This document shows positions 12,260-25,509 of a DNA stretch of 64,000 nucleotides, piece by piece (position 1 is the first letter of the stretch; every line of letters starts with the position of its first letter). The notes below the pieces were generated by a model, which was not told the origin of the DNA, searched no databases, and saw only the letters and a list, made by a program, of their open reading frames with translations. Source of the DNA: Cetorhinus maximus (taxonomy: Eukaryota). Where the stretch lies: assembly GCF_964194155.1 (NCBI RefSeq), contig NC_135910.1, forward strand, positions 16,616,001-16,680,000, in the 5' to 3' direction. A program made the translations under genes and the position numbers.

Positions 12260-13769
12260 AATCAAGGAGGATGCTGTTTACTTTACAATCTGATACAGTA
12301 CCACTGTTGATGGATATTTGAGTCTGGAATTTGTGCAGCCAAAACTGGGGAATTTCCATCTGGGGACAATGGTCTACAGTATAAAATTTGCTTTCAAATT
12401 TACAAAATAAATATCTAAAAAAAACCACAAGAGCCGGCTTTGGAGAAGCTTTAATGATCCCTGCACGTTCAGTAAAGCAGCTAAATGAAAAGTCTTCTGG
12501 TCCAAAGTAAGGAAGAAAGATACAAGAAGGAAGACTGAGAAATTGCTGTTTCGGAAAGCTTTTTATTTTAATCTCTGGAAATCGGTATGTGTGTCAAACA
12601 ATACCCCAGATTTCTTCAACATGAGGGGGTAAAAAACAACCTTCACTTTGTGGAGCTTTGCAGGATTCAGATATACTGAGCCCAATTTTAACTCTGTGCC
12701 AGTGGATGGATTTTGAATGAGTTAAAATCTCACCCAGTACTGCCTACACCTTAAATAAACCTTCAGAGAACTGTAAGCAAACAATTCCTGTTAGAAGCAA
12801 TTTCAATAAAATCTTGACTCCCCTCCTTTCCTCCGCTTCTGAAGGTGGCGATTCTTGGTGGGTTCCAGTCCCTCAGGAACTGGTTGTAGTGAGCGTTCTC
12901 CACCTGAGAGACTAGGCAGTGACTGTCAACAAATATTCCACCGTGAGGGGCATCACAGTCAAGCCACACCCTGCCTTTGTCTAGCATCCACTCTCCCACT
13001 TACTTTCCAGCAGGATCCACTCAGAAGCGAGTAGGAGCAGCAAATGGATTTCCCCTCGCTTGCTCTCTCCTGCCAACCTCTTCTGCTCAGAGTCATTAAG
13101 AGCACTCCAGTGTTAGAGCATAAAATAGATATTGATGAGAAAGATAATTCGACCATTCTTGATTAAATCACCAAGAAAAAAAAGCACAGACCCTCAGCAC
13201 AGCATCAGTTTCTTCAATGATTTCCAAGCTTTTAACTGCATTATCCTAAGTGTAGCCAGTCCACATGTTTCGCCTGTGCAAAGAGCCTTCCAACATACAC
13301 CACACCCTCGCCTTTCTTCAGTTCTTGTCCCATGGTGTTGGGTTTAGTTAGTAATATTATAGATTTATCTCTTCTATACTGTCTTCTAACAACTCCTCGT
13401 GAAGTTCCCCCACCTCCCCTTCCCTCCCCATTTACTCATCTTTCGGGGGTGAAACACCCAAATTTTAAGTAATTTTGGAATTCAAGTGGAATCTTATAAG
13501 TGACACACGATACAAATGCTAATGCTCAATGAGACTGCTGTACAAATGAATTGGCGAAAAGAGAATCTGTTGGATGAAACTGAACTTTTTAAGGGGTATA
13601 TTAAAAAAATCCACTCTCAGGACATGGGGCTGCCGTTGCAACTCTTGAACAGCTTGTAAACGTTTTATATAGTTTTCAAGATATTAAGGGAAACGGGTAT
13701 GGTAGATGGAGGGAAACTATTTCTGCTAGTTGGGAAGTCTAGAAGTAGGAGGTATAGCATCAATATTTT

Positions 13770-14145
13770 TTTTCCATGAGATGTAGGAGCCAGCATTTGT
13801 TGCCCATCCCTAATTGTCCTTGATTGCCATTTCAGAAGGCAGTTAAGAGTTGCTGTGGGGCTGGAGTCATATGTAGGCCAGGCCAGGCCAGACCAGACCA
13901 GACCAGGTAAGGGTGGCAGATTTCCTTCCCTAAAGGAAGTTAGTGAACCAGATAGGCTTGTATGACAGTCATTGATGGTTGCCATGGTCATCATTACTGA
14001 GACTAGCTTTCAATTCCAGATTTTATTAATTGAATTTAAATTCCACCAGCTGTTGTGGTGGGATTTGAACCCATGTTCCCAGAGCATTAGCCTCGGCCCC
14101 TGGATTCCTAGTCCAGTGACATTACCACTACACCACCATATCCCC
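13770..14145 (-). mobile_element. tRNA-derived SINE with an internal (CCAGG/CCAGA)n expansion
   Basis: Head tggtgtagtggtaatgtcactgg...gggttcaaatccc on the minus strand; pentamer run at ~13877-13906. Confidence 0.7.
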
Positions 14146-16276
14146 CAAAAAAGTCAATCTTTCAGAAATAAAATTGGGAAGCACTTCTACATATAAAAGC
14201 TGGTGGAAGTTTGGAACACTCTTCCACAAATGACAACTGATGCTGGATCAATTGTTAATTTTAAAATTGAGATTGATAGATTTTTGTTAATGAAAGCTAT
14301 TGAGGGATATGGGGCAAAGGTGAATTCATAGTGTTAGGTCATAGATCAGCCATTGAATGGCAGAGCAGGCTTGAGGAGTTAAGTGGCCTCCTCCTGTCCT
14401 CTTTAGCCACTTCGGAGGACAATTAAGAGACAACAATGCTGGTGTGGGACTGGAGTCACATATGGACCCGCACCGAGGGAAAGGACGATAGGTTTCCTCC
14501 CTAAAAGGACATTAGTGAACTAGTTGGGTTTTCACAGAAAACTAACAGCTTTGTGCCAGTTCTTTTTTATTTTACCAAATCCTATCGTTCAACAGCTGGC
14601 CAGCAATGCCCCCTCCCCTCTGGATTACCATGAAAATAATCTCCAGCTACTAAAAGTTCGTGGGTAGATTGAAACAACACTTTAAGCCCCTTTCGACTTT
14701 CCAACAAGCAATCCAGCCTCTTTGTACCACTGACTGTACTGTATACAACAGGACAATCTTCACACCAGCCCTCGCTCTGTAGACAGGAGTTAAAATGGGG
14801 GAAAAAATGCAACAGGATGAATAATGAAATGTAAAACATTTACTAAAAGACGTCTGAATCTTTCAACTGTTTAAAAAGCTAGTTGGTGATTAGCCACACT
14901 AATTCTGTGCAGTACATTGTTAACATGAAAAGAAAGGCAGCAAGTCAGAGATGAAAACCAAACCTGCTGGTAATGCCAGGTCAGTGAGTTTCTGAAAGAG
15001 ATAACGTTTCAGATGAGACCTCCTATTCCAGGGGCCCCATTGCCAGCATGGTGAGGGTGAGCTACCCAGCCCCCTCTGACAATGCTGCTTTGTAACCGTT
15101 CACAAGGAGCGGTTGTGTGTTGACAGCGCTATCCCTCATGGGGATAGGAAGCTCTTCAGTTCCTTCCCACTTCATCCTGATGGCAATTTGGTACACAAAA
15201 AGAGGTTGCAGTGGCTGACCAGACTTCATTGCAGTATCACTGTGCCACATCACGGGGCTGCCTATCCCTCAGTACTCCTTTCATGGCTTGATACTAAGTA
15301 CACACTCGATATTGTACTCAGCCATGGGGACCAAGAGCCTCTGGGTTCAATCCTCACACTAAGCCAAGTCAGCAGACCTCAGCCGAGTCAGCAGTAGATG
15401 CATCTATGAAAAGAAAAAGGAAAATGCAGCCAGGGTTTTCAACTCTGATCACTATCCCTGCTGAAAACTACACCTGCAAACTTAAGGTCAGGACACCCAT
15501 GGCCAAGCTGCCGGTGGACACATTACCAACTAGAAAGAATGGATACCCCCTGAGACTGTATCCCAACACAAGCCAGTGCCTTCAGGAGAAGAGTACGTGG
15601 ATATTTTTGTCTTTCTTCAGGCTGTTTTACTCCTATATATTCTAAACCAAATCTTGGAGGGAACTGGCTTAGAGAAGTCACTAAGCTCAGTAGTGTCAGA
15701 GAGATATTATTGTTTCACAGTGTACAACAAGCCAATTTTATGATTACACATGCTTTCAATCCAGACGTCGTGTAGACAGGATATTCAACTGTGGTAACCT
15801 CATCAGACATTCATATATAACAAACAGAGGACAACCGGAAAGCAACGAGGAATGGGAAAAGCTGGTTAATTTTAGCACCCTAACCCCTATAATAGGTGCA
15901 GGGTGCGATCCTTTCCCCAGCTATCTTCTCACGGATCAGGAATGAAACCTGGAAGCAAGGCTTCATTGCCCCCTAGGTGGTGCAATTCCCCACTGAGCCA
16001 CCAGGGGAATCTGTTTCATGCCTATCAGCAGTTTCCACCCTCCTTTATACATCAAACTAAATAGAACTTAATCTAGCACAACAACAATCTTGGTCAATTA
16101 TACAGTTATTAAAAATATGGGGAAGAAATTGTTTTGGTGATACGATGTACACAAAACTGCCCAGTTCTTCATTAACAGTCTCTAGAAAAAGCAAAGACAG
16201 AGCTTGGAAATGCTGTTAAATCTAAAACTGTAAAAAAAAAACATATAAATTGAAAATTGAAGAATGTTTAATCCCA

Positions 16277-16397
16277 TCATTCTCTGTCCATCTCCATATC
16301 TTCAATTTCCACTGGCTCCTCCTCATCAAAGTATCTCTCCTCTTCATCACGACTTACGATGTCAAGATTGTCAAAGTCAGGGTTGTTGTCGACAGCA
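16277..16397 (-). CDS. CCDC97: CCDC97 coding exon 5 (last; TGA at 16277-16279)
   Basis: Acceptor tctgatttcag. (S)[39 protein letters not shown], the conserved CCDC97/DUF2052 C-terminus. Confidence 0.92.
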
Positions 16398-17289
16398 CTG
16401 AAATCAGAATGCGTCTTAAATAACAGGAAGCGTTATGGAGGTTTCCTAATCAGAGCTTGCTTTTCCTCCTCCTCTAAAGTGCCATAAATTCTAGGGTAAA
16501 AGGCCCGTGAGTGTCAGCAGTTCCTTGCTAGCTTGCCGAAATGGCTATTCCTCTTGCGTGAGCCTGTACAGTGAATAATGGAAAATGTGGAAAGAAAGGA
16601 CTTGCATTTATAGAGTGGGATGCCCTCAAAGTGCTTTACAGCCATTGACTTCACCTTCTAAAGTGTAGTCACTGTTGCAATGTAGGAAACATGGCAGCCA
16701 AGTTTGGTGCAGTAAGCTCCCGCAGCCAATTGTCAAAAAACCCATAGTCATTATTGAGGGTTAAGCAGTGGCCCTGGACACCGAGGAGAACACTCTTGAT
16801 TTGAACAGTGTCATGGGATCTTTTACACACGCCCCCCAGAAAACAGAAAGGGCCTTAGTTTAACATCTCACCTGAAAAACTGCACTTTTGGCAGTGCAGC
16901 ACTCTCTCAGTACTGCAGTGGAGTGTCAGTCTTGAACCCACAACCTTCTGATTGAGAGGTGAGAGTGCTACCCACTGACACACTGCTTACTTAACGCAGA
17001 AACAACCTAAAATGCTTTAAAGACTTGAGGATGCCGAGCCAGTTTGCCAAATTACACTGTTGCTGCAGCTGTGAAATGATAAACAGTTTCTTTTTGGCTA
17101 ATCTAAAAGATTATTTTCAAGGTTCTAGACAAGAAGAGCAAAATCTGACAAGCATTTTTTTTTTTTTTACATAAAAAATAGTCCAGAGTACATAGAGATA
17201 ACAAATAATAATGTGCTTTTTTCAAAAACACAAAGGTCAGGGGAAGATCCTATAGGCTGGATATTATTTTATGGGACAGTGGGTGTGCT

Positions 17290-17870
17290 AAATGAAGAGT
17301 AGTGGTCAGGAGACAAGTTTAGGTTCCAAAAACCGGCAAATAGTAGGAAAAAAGGAAGACTGAAGGAGGTAAGGAGTTTAACAGTTTTGAAGTCCAGGGA
17401 AAGAATGAGAAGAGATTGAAATGGGTTTGGCCATCTGCTGCAGAGAGAAAGGAAATTTGGTGAGGCGAGTGATGGAGATGGGACTCCCAGGAAGAAGGAG
17501 AAGAGGAAGGCCTAAGACCAGGATGGAAAGCTGCTGCGACAAGAGACTTAAATGCAGTGGGATTGGAAGAGGAATGGGTGACTGACAAGAGGAGATGCAG
17601 AAGGGTAATCAACCAGTATCGCAGCAACCCATGTAAAATGGGAGAAATCGAAAGAAGAGGGGGATAGAAGAAGAACATGAGGCGATGAACTGAATCGTGG
17701 TCTCAATGCAAGATTGGGGCATAGATATAGTCGATACACTGAGGGAACAAGAGGGGAAACTTTAGAGATGTATTAATTATCGTGGTATCAACAGAGAGAG
17801 AACGGCTATTGGAGCGAGAAGCCGAAATCTTAGAAGAGGAATATTGTTTGGAAGGAGGAATGTGTTCGGG
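17290..17870 (-). mobile_element. Degenerate CR1/L2-group LINE 3' fragment in CCDC97 intron 4
   Basis: Reverse ORF ends SFFPWTSKLLNSLPPSVF, a typical LINE ORF2 terminus. Confidence 0.55.
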
Positions 17871-18002
17871 TCAGGAATTTGGATTAAGATGAGAGTGGGA
17901 CTAATTGGATTTCTCTTTCAAAGAGCTTACACAGACACAAGGGGATGAATGGTCACTTTCTATGCTGTATGATTCTACTCTATATATGTATATGGTCGTC
18001 AC

Positions 18003-18132
18003 CTGTAATCAAAGTCTCTGTCTTCCCCATCCAGGAAACGCTGGTACATGCGACTCACAAATTCCTCCCTCAGCATGGATCTCTCATCGTCACTGGGTAC
18101 CCAGTCTGCAGCTTTAGACTCAGAGTTCTCAT
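18003..18132 (-). CDS. CCDC97: CCDC97 coding exon 4 (130 nt)
   Basis: AG/GT flanks. DENSESKAADWVPSDDERSMLREEFVSRMYQRFLDGEDRDFDY(S). Confidence 0.92.
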
Positions 18133-18739
18133 CTGGATGGAATCAGGAGCATCGGTGTCACAACTCAAAATTCACAATTTTTAAAAAAGTCATTCATAGC
18201 ATGTGGGCATCTCTGGCAAGACCAATATTTGTTGCCCATCACTAACCCCCTTAACTGAATGGCTTGCTTGGCCATTTCAGAGGGCAGATAAGAGTCAACC
18301 ACATTGCTCTGGATCTGGAATCACATACAGGCCAGACCAGGAAAGGATTCCCTTCCCTAAACTACATGAGTGAATCAGAAAGGTTTTTATGAACACATGT
18401 CGCCGGATCATTAGTCCAGGTCTCTGGATCATTAGTCCAGTAACTATGCTACTGTTCCCTCAGTTTGAGATCAGTATCCCAAATCTAAGAAACAAATATT
18501 CATATTGGGTTGGTTGCTCCTGATCATTGTCAAATAAGCAGGCTGGGCTGTGATGCCCCCAGATTCAAATAGCCTGCCAACATTTGGGTGTGGAATTAAC
18601 ACGTAACAAGTAGCCTCTTGGGCTGGATACAATGCAAAGCATAAGGGTCACTGCCTTCATTTGAAAAGGGGGAAAATGTTAGTAACAGAACAATGTTCAG
18701 TCTTGTTTTCCTGTCCAAAACCCAGAGACAGAAACACAC

Positions 18740-18985
18740 CTTCCTCTTCATCCTCCTCTTCCTCCTCCAAACAGGCATCCTCCCTTTCCTGTTGCCACTG
18801 TAGCCTTTCCTGGACAATCTTTTCCTGATAAGTGTTCATCAGCAGGTCAGACAAACACATGGCACTACTCAAGTTTTTGCTGTTCTCGGCTAACAGCTCC
18901 TCCTCCGTCATGTATTGTCTAATGTACTGCTCGTAGAGCAAAGGATCTCGAGTCCGCATCTGCTCATCGCTGAAATATTCCCCAT
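18740..18985 (-). CDS. CCDC97: CCDC97 coding exon 3 (246 nt)
   Basis: Acceptor tttccctacag, donor gtgtgt. [25 protein letters not shown]...EEEEEDEEE. Confidence 0.92.
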
Positions 18986-19029
18986 CTGTAGGGAAAGAGA
19001 AAGCATGACATTAGCAAAGATATCTATTG

Positions 19030-19410
19030 GTCCATTCTCCAGAGACTGGAGCACAAAATCCAGACTGGCTCACACAGTGGAAGCGCTGAAGGGGTCCTGC
19101 ACTGTTGAGGTTTCGTCTTTCGGATGAGACATTAAACTGAAGCCTAAAGTGCCCTCTCAGATGGACATAAAAGATCCCACAGCACTATTTGGAAGAGATC
19201 ATGGGAGTTCTCCCCAGTTTTCTGGCCAATATTTATCAACATCACTAAAGCAGATTCTCTGATCATTTATCGCCTTGCTGTTTGAGAGAGTTTGCTGTGC
19301 GCAAATTGGCTGCTGCATTTGCAACATTCCAGAAGTACTTCATTGGCTGCAAAGGAGTTTGGGACGGCCTGAGGTTGTGAAAGTCACTATAGAAATGCAA
19401 GTGTTTTTCT
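19030..19410 (+). mobile_element. Deu-domain SINE
   Basis: cggatgagacattaaac...ataaaagatcccacagcactattt...tatagaaatgcaagt. Confidence 0.7.
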
Positions 19411-20663
19411 TTTATTCAAGAGACAAAGACTAATTCTGAATTATAAGGAATGCTGTAAAAATGTTACAAGACTCACGTTTAAATATCAATTAGGCCTGAG
19501 ATAAGCTCTTGAATCCTACGCATGTAAAGAGAAGTTAAACATAAGATATCTAAACAGGATAGCATGGGGATGGTCCAAATGATTTCTACTGGTCCAACGT
19601 TCACTGTCATGGCCCACACATAAAAATGGTCAAGTAAACATTATAATGAAGATCTGTTTTCTTTAATGGAAGGGTAGTCCAACACTTCCAGGGAAGGAGG
19701 AGAAAATACACGATTAGACTGGAACAATTTTCACCAGAGTACAGAAGGCTAAGAGGAGATTTAATGGATTTTTTTTTAAATTACAAAAGGGTTTTATGGA
19801 GTGATTGGGAAAAGATTATATCTTCCAGTTAGCGAGCCAATGACGATGAGGGATGAGCCAATTTGAAACTGTCACCAAAAAGAACAGAGGTTACGATTAA
19901 TTTCTCTAGGCAGGGAGTTGTTAGAGGATTGAGATGTTTTTTAACAGAGATCAATTGAGGCATAGGCCATTGCATCTTTAAGGGAAGAGTAAAGAGTTGA
20001 AACCTCTTCCACCCCAACAACCCCCCCACCAAGGTATCTCTACTCCTCCAATTCTTGCCTCTGGCACATCCTTGATTTTAATTGCTCCACCACTGGTGGC
20101 CTTGCTTCCAGCTGCCTGGGCCCTAAGTTCTGAAATTCTCTCCCTAAGCTCCTCTGCCTCTCTCATCCTTTAAGACGCTCTTTAAAACCAATCTCTTTGC
20201 GTATGTTTCTGATCACCTACTATCTCCTTACTTGGCTCGGCATCAAATTTTGTTTGATAATCACTCCTGTGAAATGCAGTGGGATGTTGTTCTACGTTAA
20301 AGGAATTACAATGCATATGCATATCGTTGCTGAAGCAGAGGGGGAGGCAGAGCTTTGGGGAGAGAGCAAGATTGGATTGCTGCCTTGTTTTAGATTCAAC
20401 ACACAAAATAGGCCAGGTGAACCCTTTCTGTGCTGTAAACTTCTTGCATTTTTCCTATGGTTTTAAATGTAAAGGGAAGTTGCTGGGGTTATTTCTCAAG
20501 GCAAAAATGGAAAATTGTGTCCATTTTCCCTTTAGCAATTAGTCACAAACAAGAATCAGGAAAGGGGAAATTGTTTCGTAAGCCAGACCATTGCCCATCC
20601 AAAAGAAAAAAAATACAGAGAGAGGAGAAATATGTTAGTCTATTTTTTTCCCACCCTGGAAAA

Positions 20664-21512
20664 GGGAGAAGACAGTGGTGTAGTGGTAATGTCACTGGCT
20701 TGTTAATCCAGAGACCCAGGCTAATGCTCAGAGAGGATGGGTTCAGATCATGGGCACAAGTGTCAGACAATGACCATCTCCAACAAGAGAGAATCCAACC
20801 ATCGCCCCTCGATGTTCAATGGCACTACCATCACTAAATCCCCCACTATCACATCCTGGGGGTTACCATTGACCAGAAACTGAACTGGACTAGCCATATA
20901 AATACCGTGGCTACAAGAGCAGGTCAGGGGCTAGGAATCGTGCGACGAGTAACTCACCTCCTGACTCCCCAAAGCCTGTCCACCATCTACAAGGCACAAG
21001 TCAGGAGTGTGGCGGAATATTCCCCACTTGCTTGGATGAATGCAGCTCCCACAACACTCAAGGTTTAACCCCATCCAGGGCAAAGCAGCCTGCTTGATTG
21101 GCACCACATCCACAAATGTTCACTCCCTCCACCACTGACGCACAGTAGCAGCAGTGTGTACCATCTACAAAATGCATGGCAGGAATTCACCAAGACTCCT
21201 TAGACAGCACCTTCCAAATCCACGACCACTACCATCTAGAAGGACAAGGACAGCAGATAGATGGGAACACCAACACCTGGAAGTTCCCCTCCAAGTCACT
21301 CACCATCCTGACTTGGAAATATATTGCCGTCCCTTCACTGTCACTGGGTCAAATCCTGGAACTCCCTAACAGCACTGTGGGTGTACCTACACCACATGGA
21401 CTGCAGCGGTTCAAGAAGGCAGCTCATCGCCACCTTCTCAAGGGCAATTAGGGATGGGCAATAAATGCTGGCCCAGCCAGCGAAGCCCACATCCTGTGAA
21501 TGAATAATAAAA
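20664..21512 (+). mobile_element. SINE head fused to a ~750-bp LINE 3' fragment
   Basis: A-box at 20676, B-box at 20739, then LINE ORF2 remnants (ILGVTIDQKLNW, CTIYKMH) and tail. Confidence 0.75.
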
Positions 21513-21953
21513 ACAAAGTAGACAGATGTGCCACAAGTGGGTTCTAACTGGGTGTGAAGGTATCTGCATAGATTAAATAGATTAGACTATTTATAAATTA
21601 CTGTGAAACAGGTGAGGTCCAGCAATGGGCATCATGTGTTCACATCCAACACTTGGTTTTGATTCCAGCCCAGATGACGAGATGAATTTCTTCCTTTTTC
21701 TGTTCACAACAAGGATGTTAATCAAGTGAAATGGAGAAAGAATTTAATCTCTGTTCTTACTGGATACAAATCCACAGCAATAAAACTTGCAATTGTTTGA
21801 TACAAAACTAGCAAGCTCACTCAGAGAGCCTGGTAGAGTTGAGAAATATTGCTGAGATAGTTTAGAGGGAGCTTCGATTTTTATCTCACCAGGAAGTACT
21901 CCATGTTGACACTAGACAAACACACACACAAAATAAAGAGGGGAAATTTGAAA

Positions 21954-22420
21954 CAAAAACAAAAAGTCCTGGAAAAACTCGGCAGATCTGGCAGCATCTG
22001 CGGAGAGAGAAATAGGGTGAAAGTTTTGAGTCTGTATGACTCTTCTACAGTCATATTGGACTCAAAACATTAATTTTGTTTCTCTCTCCACAGATGCTGC
22101 AAGACATGCTAAGTTTTTCCAGCATTTTCTGTTTTTAATTCAGATCTCCAGCATCCACAGTATTTTGCTTTTATTAAAGAGGGGGAACCTTTGTATTCCT
22201 AGGAAATGGATAAGGACATTAATTCATCAAGAATTAGAATGAGCAGAAGGGAAGAAACACTGCTAAATAATGTCCCTATTTACAGGTTAACACAAAAGCA
22301 GAATACAGTGGATGCTGGAAATCCAAAATAAAAACAGGAAATGCTGGGACAATTCAGCAGGTCTGACAGCATCTGTGGAGAGAAACAGAGTAAGGTTTCA
22401 GGTCTGTGACCTTTTACCAG
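21954..22420. mobile_element. Penelope pseudo-LTR fragments: fold-back pair plus a third copy
   Basis: ctctctccacagatgctg...agtttttccagcattttctg in both orientations; same as the terminus of the 28030-30175 element. Confidence 0.7.
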
Positions 22421-22659
22421 GGCATGTTCTTTGCTGGAAAGTATAAATGCAATAATATTCAATTCATGTGGTACTCACTTCTATAAAAGTAACTAACAAG
22501 GATGTGGTGAAACTGACGATTTCTGCGTTTTAAGTGTCCTTGCTCATCATGTTATATCAGTTATGTTCTTATTTAGTCTTCACATTTTTCATATTTCCTG
22601 GTAAGGATTTATCTTACCCAAGCTATCAGGGCTAGAGAGCATCCAACTTTATATTTGCT

Positions 22660-23240
22660 CCATCACTAAGATTGCCTATTTCCACCTCTGTAACATTGCC
22701 CGACTTCGCCAAGACTCAGCTCATCTGCTGCTGAAACTCTCAGCTATGACTTTGTTACCTCTAGACTCAACTATTCCAATGCCCTCCTGGCTGGCCTCCT
22801 AGATTCTCCCACTCCAAACTTGAGATCATCCAAAACTTTGTTGCTGGTGTTTTAACTAGCATCCGGTCTTGTTCCCCTACCTGTGCTCATTGATTGACAT
22901 TGGATCGTGGTCAAGCAACATCTTGACTTTAAAATTCTCAAGCTTGTTTTCAAATCTCACCCTCCCCTATCTCTGTAATCTCCTCCAGCCCCATAACCCT
23001 CCGAGGTATTGGAATTCGGGCCTCTTGTGCATTCTTGATTTAATCATTCCAACATTCAGCTGCCTGGTCCCAAGCTCTCTACCTCACTTTCCTCCTTTAA
23101 GATGCTCCTTAAAACCTACCTCTTTGACCAAGCTATTGGTCATCTGACCTAATATTTCCTTATGAGGCTCGGTGTCATAAATTGTTTTATAACGCGGGAC
23201 TATTTATTACATTAAACTCATTACATAAATATAAGTTGTG
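22660..23240 (+). mobile_element. L2-type LINE 3' fragment
   Basis: AYFHLCNIARLR...FVTSRLNYSNALLAGL remnants. Related copies at 19985-20310 and 49830-50345. Confidence 0.7.
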
Positions 23241-23709
23241 TTTGCGATATTAGTTGATCACAACCACAACTGGCATTGGACCTCACATCCAAAGACTAGG
23301 GAAGAGGAAATATCGTCCACTCCTAGGGAAATATCAAGGGTGCCCTGTTGGAAAGTAAAGGTTTGAATTATTGGGTTAGGATATGTTTATTTTGATGGAC
23401 TAACAGAATGAACCCCTTTCAGGTCATCACATCACTAGCATAAGTAAGAAAAATATGATCCAATCAAACTGAAAGCTCAATAGAAATAAAAATTGTCCCA
23501 AGAAAAGCAAATTAAATCACGTTATCAGTGTCTTTAAAATTGCATGCAGATGTGACATCTTCCATGGTTGAATTGCTCCTTGATTCTCATTGTCTAGTGT
23601 GAGAAATAGTGTTGGGGAAATACAGGAGGGGCTGCCAGCACCATTAAAACGCAGTATCTTCCTAAAGGTGAGGCGGGAAAAAAGTAACAAACACCTTTTT
23701 ACACATCAC

Positions 23710-24258
23710 CTTTAATCAGCTGCTGCAGGGCCGCGTACCTCTTGTTGCGAACATTTGTTCGGGCAGTTTTCTTCTTGGAAGACTTTTTAATTTCATTACA
23801 GTAAAAAGTAACTTCATAGTTGCCAGCCATATGATTGAAACAGATCAGATGCTCTTCTTTGATGATTTTGTGAAAACGTTCCAGGAACACCACTGGCTTA
23901 CACCAGAAAAGATCTTTGATGATGCCCAGCTTCTGGTCATACACAAGATCAGGCTCGTCCTTCTGCTGGCTCTTGATCTGAGCCTTGCTACTGGCAATCG
24001 TATCAAACATGCTGTTTAGCGAAGCGTCCATGGCATCTTCCTGCTCATTCATCGCTTTGGCTGCATCCGCAATCTCCTCTGCTGGCGAGGCAGGAGCAGT
24101 GGACTGATTGTGTTTCTCAATCTCATTTGGAGTGACAGAACCCTCACTAGAGATTACGAGCATCTCTTCCATCTGTGCATTGGCTTCCTGAGTGACACCA
24201 TCTGGAGAAGCGTCACTCACTGTTGGAGAAATTTCCAAGAAATCTTGTGTCTGTGATC
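23710..24258 (-). CDS. CCDC97: CCDC97 coding exon 2 (549 nt)
   Basis: Inside ORF 23699-24280; contains KSQQKDEPDL, VFLERF, VRNKRYAALQQLIK. Acceptor ttcatag, donor gtgatg, phase 1 at both ends. Confidence 0.9.
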
Positions 24259-24906
24259 CTATGAATAAGGCAATTTTCACATTAGTTATGCAGTTTACTG
24301 TAACACATGTTAAAAAAAATAATTACAGCACAATTTGGGGAGAAGGGGATCCGTTTCTGGATTGAAAACTTAAAAGTGCTTGACATGTACCGCAGGAGGC
24401 TGTTCGGCATATCGTGTTTTACTAACTCCTAGCTAGAGTGATCCAATCTTCAGGACAGAATTCTGATGGAAGATTCCATGTGACATGAGTAGTGAGTTTC
24501 TCTTTCAGACAGTGGCTGCCCTGCTGTGCATTTTTCTTTGAAAAGTTTCAATATTTCCGGCATTACCTATTCTCTCCGGATGCTTTAGTGGATTTGATCT
24601 TCGCCCCCATGCCTTCCCAACCACATTCCCAACATCTGACACAGACACTCACCGTTACCACTTAAATGATTATAAAAGAAATTAAGACATTCCTGGTGAT
24701 CTGCTTAGGGTGGTGTGGTGGGGTGGGGGAGAGAAAGGAGTTTTGTGGAACAATCTGACTGAAAATAACTTCCCTCAAACCTGGGAATTCTGGAGTTAAC
24801 AGAAACTGGATTTGGGATCAAATCCCAGGCCTGGGAGTTGAGGCTGTGAAGGCCTCAATGTCCTGAACCCCTCCCCCCTCCCCTGCGATATTATTCAATG
24901 TTTTAC

Positions 24907-24940
24907 CTTCCACCCTTTTCAAACCGTCTTCCTGGTCCAT
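24907..24940 (-). CDS. CCDC97: CCDC97 probable coding exon 1 (MDQEDGLKRVE + 1 nt)
   Basis: GCGATGG Kozak context, donor AAG|gtaaaa, phase 1 matches exon 2. Total CDS 1080 nt = 359 aa + stop. Confidence 0.7.
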
Positions 24941-24944
24941 CGCC

Positions 24945-25150
24945 TCACATCTTACACGCGGACCACCTGCTTCTTTCTTTCTTTATTTTTTTTTTTATTT
25001 AATTTTACCCCAAGTTTTTGTCCAGAGAGATTTCGACACAAAGTTTTACGACCCGGAACCCGAAGAGCAACGGACCGGTTCCGACCTTCAACTGGGTCCG
25101 ATTTGGGGGGGAAACTAATCGCGGCCCCACAGTTCCGGCCTCTCAGCAGC
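24945..25150 (-). promoter_or_regulatory. Putative CCDC97 promoter/5' UTR
   Basis: Local CpG cluster with ETS-like CCGGAA/TTCCGG motifs (~25053, ~25133) just upstream of the proposed first exon. Confidence 0.5.
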
Positions 25151-25509
25151 CCAGGAGGGCAAGAAACCCAATTTCTATTCTTATGGGAAGTTTATCATAT
25201 CATCTGTTCACCGATGATGATTAAATTGATGGGTAAAATGACTGAATACATTGAATTTCGGGTCCTTTGCATTTTGTGTTTAACATGTAGGCACACAAAC
25301 ACACACACATATATATATTTGAGCCAGATATTCTTGGTTTTAAATAGCTGAAATTCGACCAGCTGTGGATGCAGATTTTTATTTATGTGGAACGAAATAT
25401 TTTATATTCGCCAGTGAAATTATTATAACCTCAAACTGCAGGAGCATTTCACTCAAAACCCCTACACTGAGGTCCCTGACATGACCATGACAAACAATCT
25501 TATGGTTTT

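Noticed and set aside
12763-13156. Overlapping minus-strand ORFs with a donor-like gtaagt near 13000
   Set aside because: No recognisable protein and no clear acceptor or frame partner; may be CCDC97 downstream or UTR sequence.
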